In this document: in pieces, positions 1 to 9,111 of the stretch
Layout: every line of letters begins with the position of its first letter
How positions within the stretch are numbered: position 1 is the stretch's first letter
NCBI GenBank assembly: GCA_029781855.1
Contig: JAKOVX010000060.1
Span: forward strand, 48,405-112,404
Length of the DNA stretch: 64,000 nt
Reading direction: 5' to 3'
Source of the DNA: Acidobacteriota bacterium
GTDB lineage: Bacteria > Acidobacteriota > Blastocatellia > Pyrinomonadales > Pyrinomonadaceae
Notes under the pieces: model-generated
Databases searched by the model: none
Seen by the model: only the letters and a program-made list of their open reading frames with translations
Told to the model about the DNA's origin: nothing
Position numbers and translations under genes: made by a program

Positions 1-2
1 GC

Positions 3-143
3 AACGTATATAACATCCTGACCGGTACTCTGCTGCCTGAAATGAGCGGCCAGGTGCTGTCGCGGATGGCCAGCGGCGAGGGTATCAGTCGCGTTCACGT
101 TTCGGTCGGCGACGGCGAGAATTTTGTGTATGAAATAAACTAA
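3..143 (+). CDS. 3' end of an unidentified CDS entering from upstream of the window (ends ...GDGENFVYEIN)
   Basis: Open frame from the window edge to TAA at 141-143. The next ATG is 2 nt later, suggesting the same operon. No recognisable motif in 46 aa. Confidence 0.3.
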   Translation, partial: NVYNILTGTLLPEMSGQVLSRMASGEGISRVHVSVGDGENFVYEIN

Positions 144-145
144 CG

Positions 146-742
146 ATGTCTATTAATGTGATCGTGCACGACACCCGGCTCGAAGGCCGGACGCCGGTTT
201 CCGGTTCGGGAACGGTGACGTTTGAAGTTGACGACTCCACGCCTTTGAGTGACTTCTTCGATCGGGTGGTTGGATTGTCAGACGCTCACGGGGGGATCGA
301 CCGGCTGATGATAATGGCCCATGGTGTCTATGTGGTCGACGAAGACACAAGTGGCATCATGTTGTGCCACGAGTTTATTTGCCACCGGACCGTTCATGAG
401 TTCAGTCGATTGAGAGACAAGGTAGCCCGGATCGTACTTTTTGTGTGTCATGCTGCTGAAACGGCGATGACAGCGCACGGGGACGGGGACGAACTCTGTC
501 GCCAGATCGCTCTACTGGCGCAGGCTGAGGTAACTGCGGCACGAGAAGATCAGGCATACACCACTTTTCAGTCGTGCTCACTCTTCAATTGTGAGGAGTC
601 GGCCATTGAGTTCGGTGAATGGGAAGGCCCGGTTGTCGTTTACGGTCCGGACGGGAATATCATCTACGAATTCCGAAATCCAAGTGCCTGGCGGGACGCG
701 GCCGGGGTCCTGCACGATCCGCGAATCGAAGCACGCCCCTAA
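146..742 (+). CDS. Hypothetical protein, DUF4347-like layout with a possible His/Cys dyad
   Basis: 198-aa ORF directly upstream of vgrG. The pattern DRLMIMAHG ... RIVLFVCHAAE ... LLAQAEVTAA matches my memory of the DUF4347 layout (strand-HG, strand-C, LA..GA.V.A). No search was run. Confidence 0.55.
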   Translation: MSINVIVHDTRLEGRTPVSGSGTVTFEVDDSTPLSDFFDRVVGLSDAHGGIDRLMIMAHGVYVVDEDTSGIMLCHEFICHRTVHEFSRLRDKVARIVLFVCHAAETAMTAHGDGDELCRQIALLAQAEVTAAREDQAYTTFQSCSLFNCEESAIEFGEWEGPVVVYGPDGNIIYEFRNPSAWRDAAGVLHDPRIEARP

Positions 743-813
743 GGTTCGCAAAAATCGTGCTTTTTCTACGTCTTCAGGTACAGGCGATTGTTGATACGCC
801 GACGAATTGAAAT

Positions 814-2952
814 ATGCCTACGACTCAAGACAGAAGATTATTAAAAGTAGCGACGCCGCTGGAATACGATTTCTTACTCATCAAGCGAATTCGTTCTCGC
901 GAGGGTCTATCTCAACTTTTTAGCTTCGATCTTGACCTGCTGCATGCCGAAGAGGCTATCAATCGGGATGCTACCTTCATAGATCCACAGCAGATCCTTG
1001 GAAAGCCGATGGTCGTATCCGTTTCTCAGACTGACGGATCGACGAGACATTTTCATGGGATATGCGTCGATTTTTCGCAGGGTAACCGGAATACACGATT
1101 TTCCAAGTATCGTGCGACCCTCGTCCCTCGGGTTTGGCTTTTAACCCAGATATCACAGAGTCGAATTTTTCAAAACAAGTCGGTTCCCGATATCCTGACC
1201 GAGGTGCTCGAGGGTTTCGAGTTCAGCATTGAGGTTCAGGGGACATTTGAACCGCGAAATTACTGCATTCAATATCGCGAGACCGACTGGAACTTCGCTT
1301 CCCGTTTGATGGAAGAAGAAGGGATCTACTATTATTTCGAGCACACAGAAGATTCCCACAAGCTTATTATTGCCAATACTGATCAGTCGCATCGGCCATG
1401 TCCGTCGAAGTCTGAGGTTCCGTTTATCATGGACTGGTCCCCGAACGAGGACTGGGTCTCACGGATCCTTACGTGGCAAAACGCAAATAAGGTCCGAAGT
1501 GGCAAATTCAGTCTTCGCGACCACAATTTTCAGCTTCCGACCAACTACCTCGAAGCCGAGCAGGTCAGCCGATTCGATATCGGCGGAAACAAGCAGCTTG
1601 AGATATACGATTTCCCTGGTGGCTACTCGAAGCGTTTTGATGGCATTGATTCCGGCGGCGGAGAACAGACCTCTAATCTGCAAAAGGTCTTCGAAGATCG
1701 TCAACGCACTACGAACATTCGTCAGCAGGAGATCGACGTCGCGTACAAGACGAGTTACGGGACAACAGACTGCTGCTCATTCACAGCCGGTTACCGGTTT
1801 ACGATGACGAATCATCCGCGTGGCGACAACAACGGCAGCTATGTGTTGATGAACGTTGGGACCGAGGCGGTACAGTCGCCGGCGTACATTTCAGACGACA
1901 ATGTCTCTAATCCGTATATAGTGAATTTCGCCGTTATTCCCCAGGGGCAAGGCCAGGCACCGTTCCGTCCGCTGCGCCAAACGCCAAAACCGGTGATTCA
2001 TGGCGTGCAGTCGGCCGTTGTCGTCGGCCCCGCCGGCGAGGAGATCTTCACCGACAAGTACGGCCGCGTCAAAGTTCAGTTTCGTTGGGACCGGGAAGGA
2101 AAGTTAGATTCCAATTCTTCCTGTTGGATGCGTGTCGTGCAGACGTGGGCGGGGAACAAATGGGGAACGATGTTCATACCTCGCATAGGTATGGAAGTGA
2201 TCGTCGATTTTCTGGAAGGCGACCCCGATCAGCCGATCATCACCGGTTGCGTCTACAATCCGGACACGATGCCGCCATACACATTGCCGGACGAAAAGAC
2301 CAAATCTACGATCAAGTCTAATTCCAGCAAGGGCGGCGGCGGATTTAACGAATTTCGATTTGAGGATAAAAAGGGATCGGAGCAGATCTTTATCCATGCT
2401 GAAAAGGATCAGGACATTCGTGTAAAGAATGACTGCAAGGAGATCGTCAATCATGACCGCCATCTGATCATCGAGAACGATCAGTATGAAAAGGTCAAAA
2501 AGGACAAACACATGCAGGTCGGCGGCGACCATAATGAGAAGGTCGGCGGGACGATGTCGCTCAACGTCGGCAGCAACCTTCAGGAAAAGGTCTCTCAAAA
2601 TTATGCCCTCGATTCCGGCATGGAGGTCCACATCAAGGCGGGCATGAAGGCGGTCATCGAAGCCGGCGTGCAACTGACACTCAAGGTCGGCGGGAACTTC
2701 GTCGACATCAGTCCGGCAGGGGTCACTATCAAGGGCACGATGGTCCTGATCAATAGCGGTGGAGCCGCCGGATCGGGTTCGGGATCGAATCCAGAAGCGC
2801 CGAAAGATCCGAAAGAAGCTGATAAGGCTGAGCCCGGTCAAAAGACGGCGAAACCACCGACACCGCCGCCCGCACCGGTAAAGTCGCTTGGCCCGATGGC
2901 AGCACTTATGAAAGGTGCGGCGCAATCAGGTGCTCCTTTCTGCGATATATGA
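814..2952 (+). CDS. vgrG: Type VI secretion system spike protein VgrG (TssI)
   Basis: 712 aa with canonical gp27/gp5 signatures: YGRVKVQFRWDREG, SCWMRVVQTWAGNKWG, PRIGMEVIVDFLEGDPDQPIITGCVYN. It has a beta-helix repeat region and a Pro/Lys-rich C-terminal tail ending GAPFCDI. Confidence 0.93.
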   Translation: MPTTQDRRLLKVATPLEYDFLLIKRIRSREGLSQLFSFDLDLLHAEEAINRDATFIDPQQILGKPMVVSVSQTDGSTRHFHGICVDFSQGNRNTRFSKYRATLVPRVWLLTQISQSRIFQNKSVPDILTEVLEGFEFSIEVQGTFEPRNYCIQYRETDWNFASRLMEEEGIYYYFEHTEDSHKLIIANTDQSHRPCPSKSEVPFIMDWSPNEDWVSRILTWQNANKVRSGKFSLRDHNFQLPTNYLEAEQVSRFDIGGNKQLEIYDFPGGYSKRFDGIDSGGGEQTSNLQKVFEDRQRTTNIRQQEIDVAYKTSYGTTDCCSFTAGYRFTMTNHPRGDNNGSYVLMNVGTEAVQSPAYISDDNVSNPYIVNFAVIPQGQGQAPFRPLRQTPKPVIHGVQSAVVVGPAGEEIFTDKYGRVKVQFRWDREGKLDSNSSCWMRVVQTWAGNKWGTMFIPRIGMEVIVDFLEGDPDQPIITGCVYNPDTMPPYTLPDEKTKSTIKSNSSKGGGGFNEFRFEDKKGSEQIFIHAEKDQDIRVKNDCKEIVNHDRHLIIENDQYEKVKKDKHMQVGGDHNEKVGGTMSLNVGSNLQEKVSQNYALDSGMEVHIKAGMKAVIEAGVQLTLKVGGNFVDISPAGVTIKGTMVLINSGGAAGSGSGSNPEAPKDPKEADKAEPGQKTAKPPTPPPAPVKSLGPMAALMKGAAQSGAPFCDI

Positions 2953-2990
2953 CCGTCATAAGAGATTGACCCGGGTGGTCATTTCGATAA

Positions 2991-3509
2991 TTGAACATGA
3001 ACAGTGCAGATTTTCAGCAGCAATTATTTACCGGGCGGACTCACGTCTACGCGGTACTCGATGGAGCATCGATCGATGGCCTTCGCACCCGCATGCATGA
3101 AATGCGGCCCCCGAACTATTGTCTTTTTCCCGGCGAACTCGAACCTGACGTTGCGGAAACTGCACCTTATCTTGTCGGACTCATCGCCGGAACTCCGTTC
3201 ACCGATTGGGTTCTGAAGGAACATTTTGGAAAGCACTGGGGTATATTTGCTCAATCTCGCCAGTCCATCACTGAAATGCGAAAACACTTCCGGGCTCTTG
3301 TTAAGGTTCATACTGAGTCCGGGAAATCGTTGATATTTCGGTACTATGATCCGCGGGTGTTCCGTCGGTTCCTGCCTACGTGCAATGCCGGCGAGCTTGC
3401 GACTTTTTTCGGAAATGTCGACGTGTTTTTCGTTGAGACCGCGGACGGAAACGGAATGTCAGCTTTCAAACTTGAACATAAGAATTTGAAAGAAACACCA
3501 CTGAATTAG
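2991..3509 (+). CDS. DUF4123 domain protein (T6SS effector adaptor/chaperone, Tap/TEC-like)
   Basis: 172 aa with the hallmarks VYAVLDGASIDG and FRYYDPRVFRRFL. It lies immediately after vgrG. The start is TTG 2991 or ATG 2997. Confidence 0.8.
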   Translation: MNMNSADFQQQLFTGRTHVYAVLDGASIDGLRTRMHEMRPPNYCLFPGELEPDVAETAPYLVGLIAGTPFTDWVLKEHFGKHWGIFAQSRQSITEMRKHFRALVKVHTESGKSLIFRYYDPRVFRRFLPTCNAGELATFFGNVDVFFVETADGNGMSAFKLEHKNLKETPLN

Positions 3510-3521
3510 GAGATTTTTATT

Positions 3522-4025
3522 ATGCCGACAGGACCAGCGGCCAGAGCAAACATAGATACGACTGCCCATGGCCTGCCACCGGTCTTGACGCCGGGACCGG
3601 GCAGCCCGACTGTAATAATTGGATTCATGATGGCCTGGCGGGGAATGCCGCTTGCCGCAGTCGCTGCGTTACAGGCTGCCAAGACGGCCGCAGACACCGC
3701 CATTCAAACCGCGGTTGCAGCAACCGCTGCGGCTGCCGGCACACCTGGCGCACCGGCGGCACTTGCCGCCGAGCAGGCGGTTAAGGGTGCGGCTCTGGCA
3801 TCTATGTCTAGTGCGATCACAGGGGCATCCGGTGGTGCAGACATTCATATGTGCGCCGTTCCCTCGCCGGTGCCACCGCACGGGCCGGGCGTCGACATCA
3901 CAGGTTCGGCAACTGTCTCGATCAATATGCTGCCGGCAGGCCGAATGGGGGACACAATATTGGAAGCGATCGGTCCGCCCAACACAATAACGAAAGGCGA
4001 ACCGACTGTGATTATCGGCGGGTAA
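3522..4025 (+). CDS. PAAR-domain spike-sharpening protein with a long Ala-rich internal insert
   Basis: AGGAG lies upstream of the ATG. PAAR-type motifs are present: N-terminal PAAR, MAWRG, DIHMCAVPSPVPPHG, LPAGRMGD and C-terminal PTVIIGG. An insert of about 65 aa, mostly Ala/Thr/Gly, interrupts them. Confidence 0.8.
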   Translation: MPTGPAARANIDTTAHGLPPVLTPGPGSPTVIIGFMMAWRGMPLAAVAALQAAKTAADTAIQTAVAATAAAAGTPGAPAALAAEQAVKGAALASMSSAITGASGGADIHMCAVPSPVPPHGPGVDITGSATVSINMLPAGRMGDTILEAIGPPNTITKGEPTVIIGG

Positions 4026-4047
4026 TGGCCAGAAGGAGAACATCAGA

Positions 4048-4452
4048 GTGCTAGTCATCAGGCAGGAACAAATGAACGCCCTCATCAAAGGCAGCGAAGA
4101 TGAATGGGTCGAATTTCTAGTCTCCAATGTAAAAAAAGAAGATCCTGAGTTGGGGACCAAGTACCAGGACGACGAACTAAAAAGAATGGTGCGCGTCGCC
4201 ATCGAGAAGGCCGACAGCTACGGTTTTGTCAATGCCGACGACCAGTCCGCGTTCGTGTCCATCATGTTCGAGGTAGCACCGAACTTTGACGATCAACCGG
4301 AGATAAAGGCTGTGCTTGAAGAGGAGCAATTGCCGATTTCCTATCGTCTCGATAAGCTTTGGTCAGACGCTATTCCGGATGAAGTATGGGAAAAGGCGCG
4401 TGAAGAATACAAAGAAGAGGCTTGGAAGGGCGACCGTGAAAACGCCGCTTAG
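4048..4452 (+). CDS. Hypothetical acidic protein of a recurrent uncharacterised family seen near PAAR/toxin genes
   Basis: 134 aa with a GTG start and AAGGAG 9 nt upstream. The pattern ML.IR.EQM.A ... YGF ... MFEVAPNFDDQP resembles an unnamed family I recall from T6SS/eCIS-type loci. No TM segment or signal peptide. Confidence 0.6.
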   Translation: MLVIRQEQMNALIKGSEDEWVEFLVSNVKKEDPELGTKYQDDELKRMVRVAIEKADSYGFVNADDQSAFVSIMFEVAPNFDDQPEIKAVLEEEQLPISYRLDKLWSDAIPDEVWEKAREEYKEEAWKGDRENAA

Positions 4453-4466
4453 ATCATCGAGTAAGT

Positions 4467-5087
4467 ATGGCAAATGCCAGACAACGAGCAAAGAAGAGAG
4501 CAGCGAAAGCCGCCGCCGCGGCGCAGGCTAAAGCTGTCGCTCCATGTCCGCAGCCCACACCTGAAGAGATCGAGGCGGCACGCGTAGAAGCGGAATACAA
4601 CAAGATCTCACAGAATGGACACGCCGTTCAGCGGCACGGCGAAGCGATAACCCAACAGCAGCTGACCGATCGCGCGGTCAAAGGCCATGACCCCGTTACT
4701 GGTACAACGGACGACGCTTACAACAAGTATCCGAATGGAACACCTCGTCCGCATATGGCATCAAAGGACGCGACGAAATTTACTTCAAAGGCGGCGATGG
4801 TAAAGGCGGAAGAGGCTGTCCGCAGCAGCCAAAATTACAAAGACGAGTTAAAGAAGGCGAAAGACGACGGAAAGACAATGTTCGCGGTAAAAGGAACTAA
4901 ACTTGAAGACGCTCTCGGCGCTGATTACAAATCAAAGGTTGCCGGTGTCACCCGGCAAGGCTCCAAGAATAATCCAACGGGCAGTGCACCGACGGACTTC
5001 ACAGATGGAACTATTCGAGCCGTTTACAAGAAAGACGCGAGCGGGAATTGGAATCTGCATACGATGTTCCCCGAACCGAAGCCCTAA
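4467..5087 (+). CDS. Putative T6SS cargo toxin, possibly a bacterial RNase A-like (CdiA-CT RNase A type) nuclease
   Basis: 206 aa with a Lys/Ala-rich N-terminus. The GHAVQRHGEAITQQQLTDRA motif and the C-terminal HTMFP resemble the GH..RH ... T.Y pattern of bacterial RNase A-like toxins. The gene position (after vgrG-adaptor-PAAR, before a small acidic ORF) supports an effector role. Confidence 0.55.
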   Translation: MANARQRAKKRAAKAAAAAQAKAVAPCPQPTPEEIEAARVEAEYNKISQNGHAVQRHGEAITQQQLTDRAVKGHDPVTGTTDDAYNKYPNGTPRPHMASKDATKFTSKAAMVKAEEAVRSSQNYKDELKKAKDDGKTMFAVKGTKLEDALGADYKSKVAGVTRQGSKNNPTGSAPTDFTDGTIRAVYKKDASGNWNLHTMFPEPKP

Positions 5088-5095
5088 ATAAGTTT

Positions 5096-5386
5096 ATGGA
5101 AAAGAAGAGCATTTTGAAAGACGTACTGGAAACCTATTTCTGCCAGGGAGTGGAAATGTCATACGACGAACTGAACCAATTCCTAAAGAACGAGTCGTTT
5201 CCGGATCGGGCACGTACCTTCAAACGCGAGTTGGCTGACGCAATAATTAACCACAAGATCACGCCGGAAGATTTTCAGGATCTGACCGCCGTTGACCAGG
5301 ATTCACAGGAAGACGTGGATAAATTCCTGACTACCGAAATATGGGATCCTCTTTATGATAACGAGCCGGTGCGAATGATCTACTGA
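5096..5386 (+). CDS. Putative cognate immunity protein
   Basis: 96-aa acidic ORF starting 8 nt after the toxin stop. The ORF-track start at 5048 overlaps the toxin, so ATG 5096 is preferred. No signal peptide. The call rests on position. Confidence 0.5.
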   Translation: MEKKSILKDVLETYFCQGVEMSYDELNQFLKNESFPDRARTFKRELADAIINHKITPEDFQDLTAVDQDSQEDVDKFLTTEIWDPLYDNEPVRMIY

Positions 5387-5440
5387 TCCGTGTCCGCCGC
5401 TGATCGGCATACGAAGTTTTTTATACTCACGTAACGCCGA

Positions 5441-6847
5441 TCACGGATGCGTCATTTCCTCCGGTTTGACCAGTTCGTCAAACTCCTCGCCTTTCAATAT
5501 ACCGAGCACCATCGCTGCCTCACGGAGCGACATTTTGTTCTTGTGCGCGTATTTGGCGATCTTTGCAGCATTGTCGTAACCGACGTGTTGATTCAGGGCC
5601 GTCACGAGCATCAACGAGTCGTTGAGATAGTGATCGATCTTTTCGCGATTGAGCTCAATTCCGTCGATGCAATAATCGACGAATCCGTGACAAGCGTCGT
5701 GGATCAGCCGGACCGAATGCAGGAAATTGTGGATCATCACCGGCTTGAAGACGTTCAGCTCGAAATTTCCCTGCGATCCGGCAAAACCGATCGCCGCGTC
5801 GTTGCCAAAAACCTGCACCGCGACCATTGTCATCGCCTCTGACTGGGTCGGATTGACCTTTCCGGGCATTATCGAACTTCCGGGTTCGTTCTCCGGCAGC
5901 GAGATCTCGCCGATACCGCATCGCGGCCCTGATGCCAGCCAGCGGATATCATTCGCGATCTTCATAAGGCTGCCCGCAAGCGTCTTCAATGCTCCTGATG
6001 CAAAAACGACCTCGTCATGTGCCGATAGTGCGGCAAACTTGTCGGGATGTGACTTGAACGGCAGGCCGGTAATTTCGGCGATCTTGTCCGCGGCACGCTG
6101 TGCGAATTCCGGATGTGCGTTTAGCCCGGTTCCGACCGCGGTTCCGCCGATCGCCAGATCAAGCAATCCCGGCAGAACAAGCCGCAGCCTCTCGATATCG
6201 CGTTCAACAAGGCTCGCCCAGCCGCCGAATTCCTGCCCGACCGTCATTGGCGTCGCATCCTGAAGGTGGGTCCGACCGATCTTTACAACATCGGCGAATT
6301 CCTTTGCCTTGGCGTCGATCGCGTCATGGACCTTTTGGACCTCAGGGATCAACGCAGTGAGGCGTTCGGCAGCCGCAATGTACATCGCGGTCGGAAACGT
6401 GTCGTTCGACGACTGAGATTTATTGACGTCATCGTTCGGATGGATCGGCGACTTCGAGCCCATCACGCCGTCGACCATCTCGATCGCTCGGTTCGAGATG
6501 ACCTCGTTCGCATTCATGTTGGTCTGTGTACCCGAGCCCGTCTGCCAAACTCGCAACGGGAAATGGGCGTCGAGCTTGCCTTCGATCACCTCGTCAGCGG
6601 CTTTCACGATCAGGTCTTTTTTGTTCTCAGGCAATTTCCCGAGGTCGTAATTGACGATCGCCGCGGCCTTCTTCAGGATTCCCAACGCGCGGATCACCTC
6701 ACGCGGCATCACATCAAATCCGATGTTGAAATGCTTCAGCGAACGCTGCGTTTGCGCTCCCCAATAGGCTGTCACCGGCACTTCGATCTCGCCCATCGAA
6801 TCCGTTTCGATTCTTGTGTTCATTGATTTTTCTGTTGCTTCCGCCAT
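5441..6847 (-). CDS. fumC: Class II fumarate hydratase
   Basis: [20 protein letters not shown] signature and fumarase-length alignment. Start trimmed to MAEATEK (ATG complement of 6845-6847, AAGG upstream). The longer ORF start at 6991 would overlap the upstream gene. Confidence 0.93.
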   Translation of the reverse strand: MAEATEKSMNTRIETDSMGEIEVPVTAYWGAQTQRSLKHFNIGFDVMPREVIRALGILKKAAAIVNYDLGKLPENKKDLIVKAADEVIEGKLDAHFPLRVWQTGSGTQTNMNANEVISNRAIEMVDGVMGSKSPIHPNDDVNKSQSSNDTFPTAMYIAAAERLTALIPEVQKVHDAIDAKAKEFADVVKIGRTHLQDATPMTVGQEFGGWASLVERDIERLRLVLPGLLDLAIGGTAVGTGLNAHPEFAQRAADKIAEITGLPFKSHPDKFAALSAHDEVVFASGALKTLAGSLMKIANDIRWLASGPRCGIGEISLPENEPGSSIMPGKVNPTQSEAMTMVAVQVFGNDAAIGFAGSQGNFELNVFKPVMIHNFLHSVRLIHDACHGFVDYCIDGIELNREKIDHYLNDSLMLVTALNQHVGYDNAAKIAKYAHKNKMSLREAAMVLGILKGEEFDELVKPEEMTHP

Positions 6848-6866
6848 TTTACCTTGTTTCGATCGA

Positions 6867-8069
6867 TCAGATCGAACCCGTGTCCTCCAAACACCGTTTG
6901 ATCCTCTCCATAGTGTGCTCAATATCATTATCGAGCCCGACCGAGAATCGCACCAATCCGTCGCTGAGGCCCATCTTAACTCTTTCTTCAACCGGAATTT
7001 CGGATGACGTGCTGTGGCCCGGCGAACTGAACAGAGTCTTGAAATATCCGAGACTGACAGCCAGGTATCCGACCTTTTCCTGCTGCATCCGCGTCATCAG
7101 TTGGTTGGCACGTTCGAGGCTTCCGACATCGATGGCGATCATTCCCCCGTATCCATAACCGGGATTCATGAGGCTTTTCAGCAGCTCGTGCTGCGGATGA
7201 TCAGGCAGGCCGGGATAATACACCTTTAACCCAAGTTCCCGAAAATTCTCGGCTAGGAACAGGGCGTTTGAGCTGTGCTGACGCATCCTGAGATGGAGCG
7301 AATGCAGATTCTTAAGTATACTTGCGGCCCGCGTGCTGTCGAGCACGGCGCCAAACAACATCGAGGCACCCGAATTAATATCCGTCAACTGATGAATGAA
7401 ATCGTCCGACGCACACACAGCTCCAGCCACGCAGTCACTGGTGCCGTTAATATATTTTGTCAGGCTGTGAACAACGATATCGGCGCCGAGCCGGATCGGC
7501 GACAGGATCATCGGGCTGAATGTATTATCGACGATCAGCTTGATCCCGTATTCCTCAGCAATTGATGCGAGTGCCGGGATGTCAGAAACCTCCAGGAGCG
7601 GATTTGTGACTGACTCGCAATATATAGCTCGCGTTTTGTCGTTGATCAGTGAGCGGACCAGGTCGAGGTTACCCAGATCGACAAAGTGTGTCTCGATCCC
7701 TAGTCGTGGCAGGAAATTCTTGAACAATGCGTATGTCCCACCATATATTGTCCGCGATGAGATCACCTCATCGCCGCTGTTGCATATCTGGATGATCGTC
7801 GAGCTGATGGCCGCCATCCCCGAGGCTTTGGATTGGGCGGCCTCGCTGTCCTCCATACGAGCAAGGGCGTCGGATAGGAATTTGTTCGTTGGATTCCAGT
7901 GTCTGGAATAGAGAAAACAACCCTCGATCTCGTGCTCGAAGAGTTCCTCCATCCTGTCCGGGCTCATGAACGTAAAGGTAGATGAATCGGTGATCGACGG
8001 ATTCACATCACCAAATTCGCCAAATACTAAAAAGTCCTGTATCGCATTGCTGGGATCAAAGTTCGTCAT
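6867..8069 (-). CDS. Cys/Met-metabolism PLP enzyme, methionine gamma-lyase-like
   Basis: [34 protein letters not shown] and the [14 protein letters not shown]-lysine motif. It closely resembles the plant-type methionine gamma-lyase pattern as I recall it. Start trimmed to MTNFDPS. Confidence 0.85.
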   Translation of the reverse strand: MTNFDPSNAIQDFLVFGEFGDVNPSITDSSTFTFMSPDRMEELFEHEIEGCFLYSRHWNPTNKFLSDALARMEDSEAAQSKASGMAAISSTIIQICNSGDEVISSRTIYGGTYALFKNFLPRLGIETHFVDLGNLDLVRSLINDKTRAIYCESVTNPLLEVSDIPALASIAEEYGIKLIVDNTFSPMILSPIRLGADIVVHSLTKYINGTSDCVAGAVCASDDFIHQLTDINSGASMLFGAVLDSTRAASILKNLHSLHLRMRQHSSNALFLAENFRELGLKVYYPGLPDHPQHELLKSLMNPGYGYGGMIAIDVGSLERANQLMTRMQQEKVGYLAVSLGYFKTLFSSPGHSTSSEIPVEERVKMGLSDGLVRFSVGLDNDIEHTMERIKRCLEDTGSI

Positions 8070-8214
8070 TTTGTTCGTCTTTCGAACGCCGGGACCCGAC
8101 GTCACATGCCCCGCGCATTCACGTGTTAAAGCCCAATCTGGGCAAAATAACCAGTTGCAGCAATAGCCACAGGCCAATTGCCACTACAAATATCAGTATG
8201 TCATTCATAAAATC

Positions 8215-9102
8215 CTAAGGCCGTCGTCCCCGTCCGGGGCCGTTGCCCATGCGTCCTTCGCTGCAGCGGGTAAATGCGGGCAGATGATTGTCTCGTGAAG
8301 CGCTCTGCAAAAGAGTAAACACTTCTTTGATATCCGCTTCCTTTACGAATCCGAGAAACCCATCATAAAGCGCGATGTTTTCCTTTTCTGCCGCAACGCC
8401 CGTTGCGCAAGCCTCAGTTAGCGAGTCAGGCACTGAGATCTTGCTCGAATCGAATTCATTCTTGGGCACGTTCACACCATACTTGGCGAACAGCGGCAAC
8501 AGATATGATTCGTGACGCTGCTCCGCCCCGACAATGTTCGAGAACGGTCGGGCGTCGGGGAATTTCTTGAGAACTGCCTCGTACGTAGCCTGCGCCCTCC
8601 GCTCGTCCTCAAGTGCCGAGAGCAGGGCTTTTTCGGTTTTCTCGTCAAGCTTTCCGGATGACCTAGGGGCCGTTGAAGACGCGTCTGCCATCGGCAATCC
8701 AGCAGCTTTCCAGGCGACGGTGCCGCCGGTTACGTTCAGAACATTGTTGAAACCAGCGTCCTTAAGGATCACAGCCGCCTTTCTCGAACGGTTGCCGGTT
8801 TGGCAGATCAAATAAACAGGCTCGTTCTTTTCAAGCCGATCGAGGCTCGAGCCGATCGTATCTAGCGGTATATTCACCGCGCGGTCGGCATGGCCTGCCG
8901 AATATTCCTCCGGTGTCCGGACATCGATAAATTGAGAGTAAGCCTTGGAAACGGCAGCTTCTGCATCAGCCGGCGAAACTTCCTTGATCTCCGTAGCCAC
9001 GTTCGGAACACCCGAATCCGTCGTTGAAATCGCCGCCCTTTGGCAGCCGCTGAATAACATCAATATCGTCGTCAGTATTACTAATAATTTCATGACCTTC
9101 AC
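8215..9102 (-). CDS. Lipoprotein with a rhodanese domain fused to a DUF2202 (ferritin-like) domain
   Basis: Lipobox LFSGC. Rhodanese active-site loop CQTGNRSRKAA. The C-terminal ALEDERRAQATYEAVLKKF...NIVGAEQRHESYL matches the DUF2202 pattern. Confidence 0.75.
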   Translation of the reverse strand: MKVMKLLVILTTILMLFSGCQRAAISTTDSGVPNVATEIKEVSPADAEAAVSKAYSQFIDVRTPEEYSAGHADRAVNIPLDTIGSSLDRLEKNEPVYLICQTGNRSRKAAVILKDAGFNNVLNVTGGTVAWKAAGLPMADASSTAPRSSGKLDEKTEKALLSALEDERRAQATYEAVLKKFPDARPFSNIVGAEQRHESYLLPLFAKYGVNVPKNEFDSSKISVPDSLTEACATGVAAEKENIALYDGFLGFVKEADIKEVFTLLQSASRDNHLPAFTRCSEGRMGNGPGRGRRP

Positions 9103-9111
9103 CTTAACAAA

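Noticed and set aside
146-742. HEFICH read as a zincin metalloprotease motif
   Set aside because: The spacing is H-E-x-x-x-H, not HExxH, and there is no downstream third ligand pattern.
2104-2925. 273-aa ORF on the minus strand
   Set aside because: It lies entirely inside vgrG on the opposite strand and has no motif.
5441-6991. Long N-terminal extensions in ORF-track entries (fumC to 6991, ctaA to 30698, OmpA-family from 24028, methionine gamma-lyase-like to 8177, usp to 56300)
   Set aside because: The extensions are Arg/Cys-rich, overlap neighbouring genes or lack homology to the family N-terminus. Internal ATGs with RBS-like sequences fit family lengths.
8070-8214. Possible SAM/methionine riboswitch in the leader of the methionine gamma-lyase-like gene
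   Set aside because: I could not find the conserved SAM-I, SAM-II or SAM/SAH core sequences or a convincing multi-stem fold by eye.
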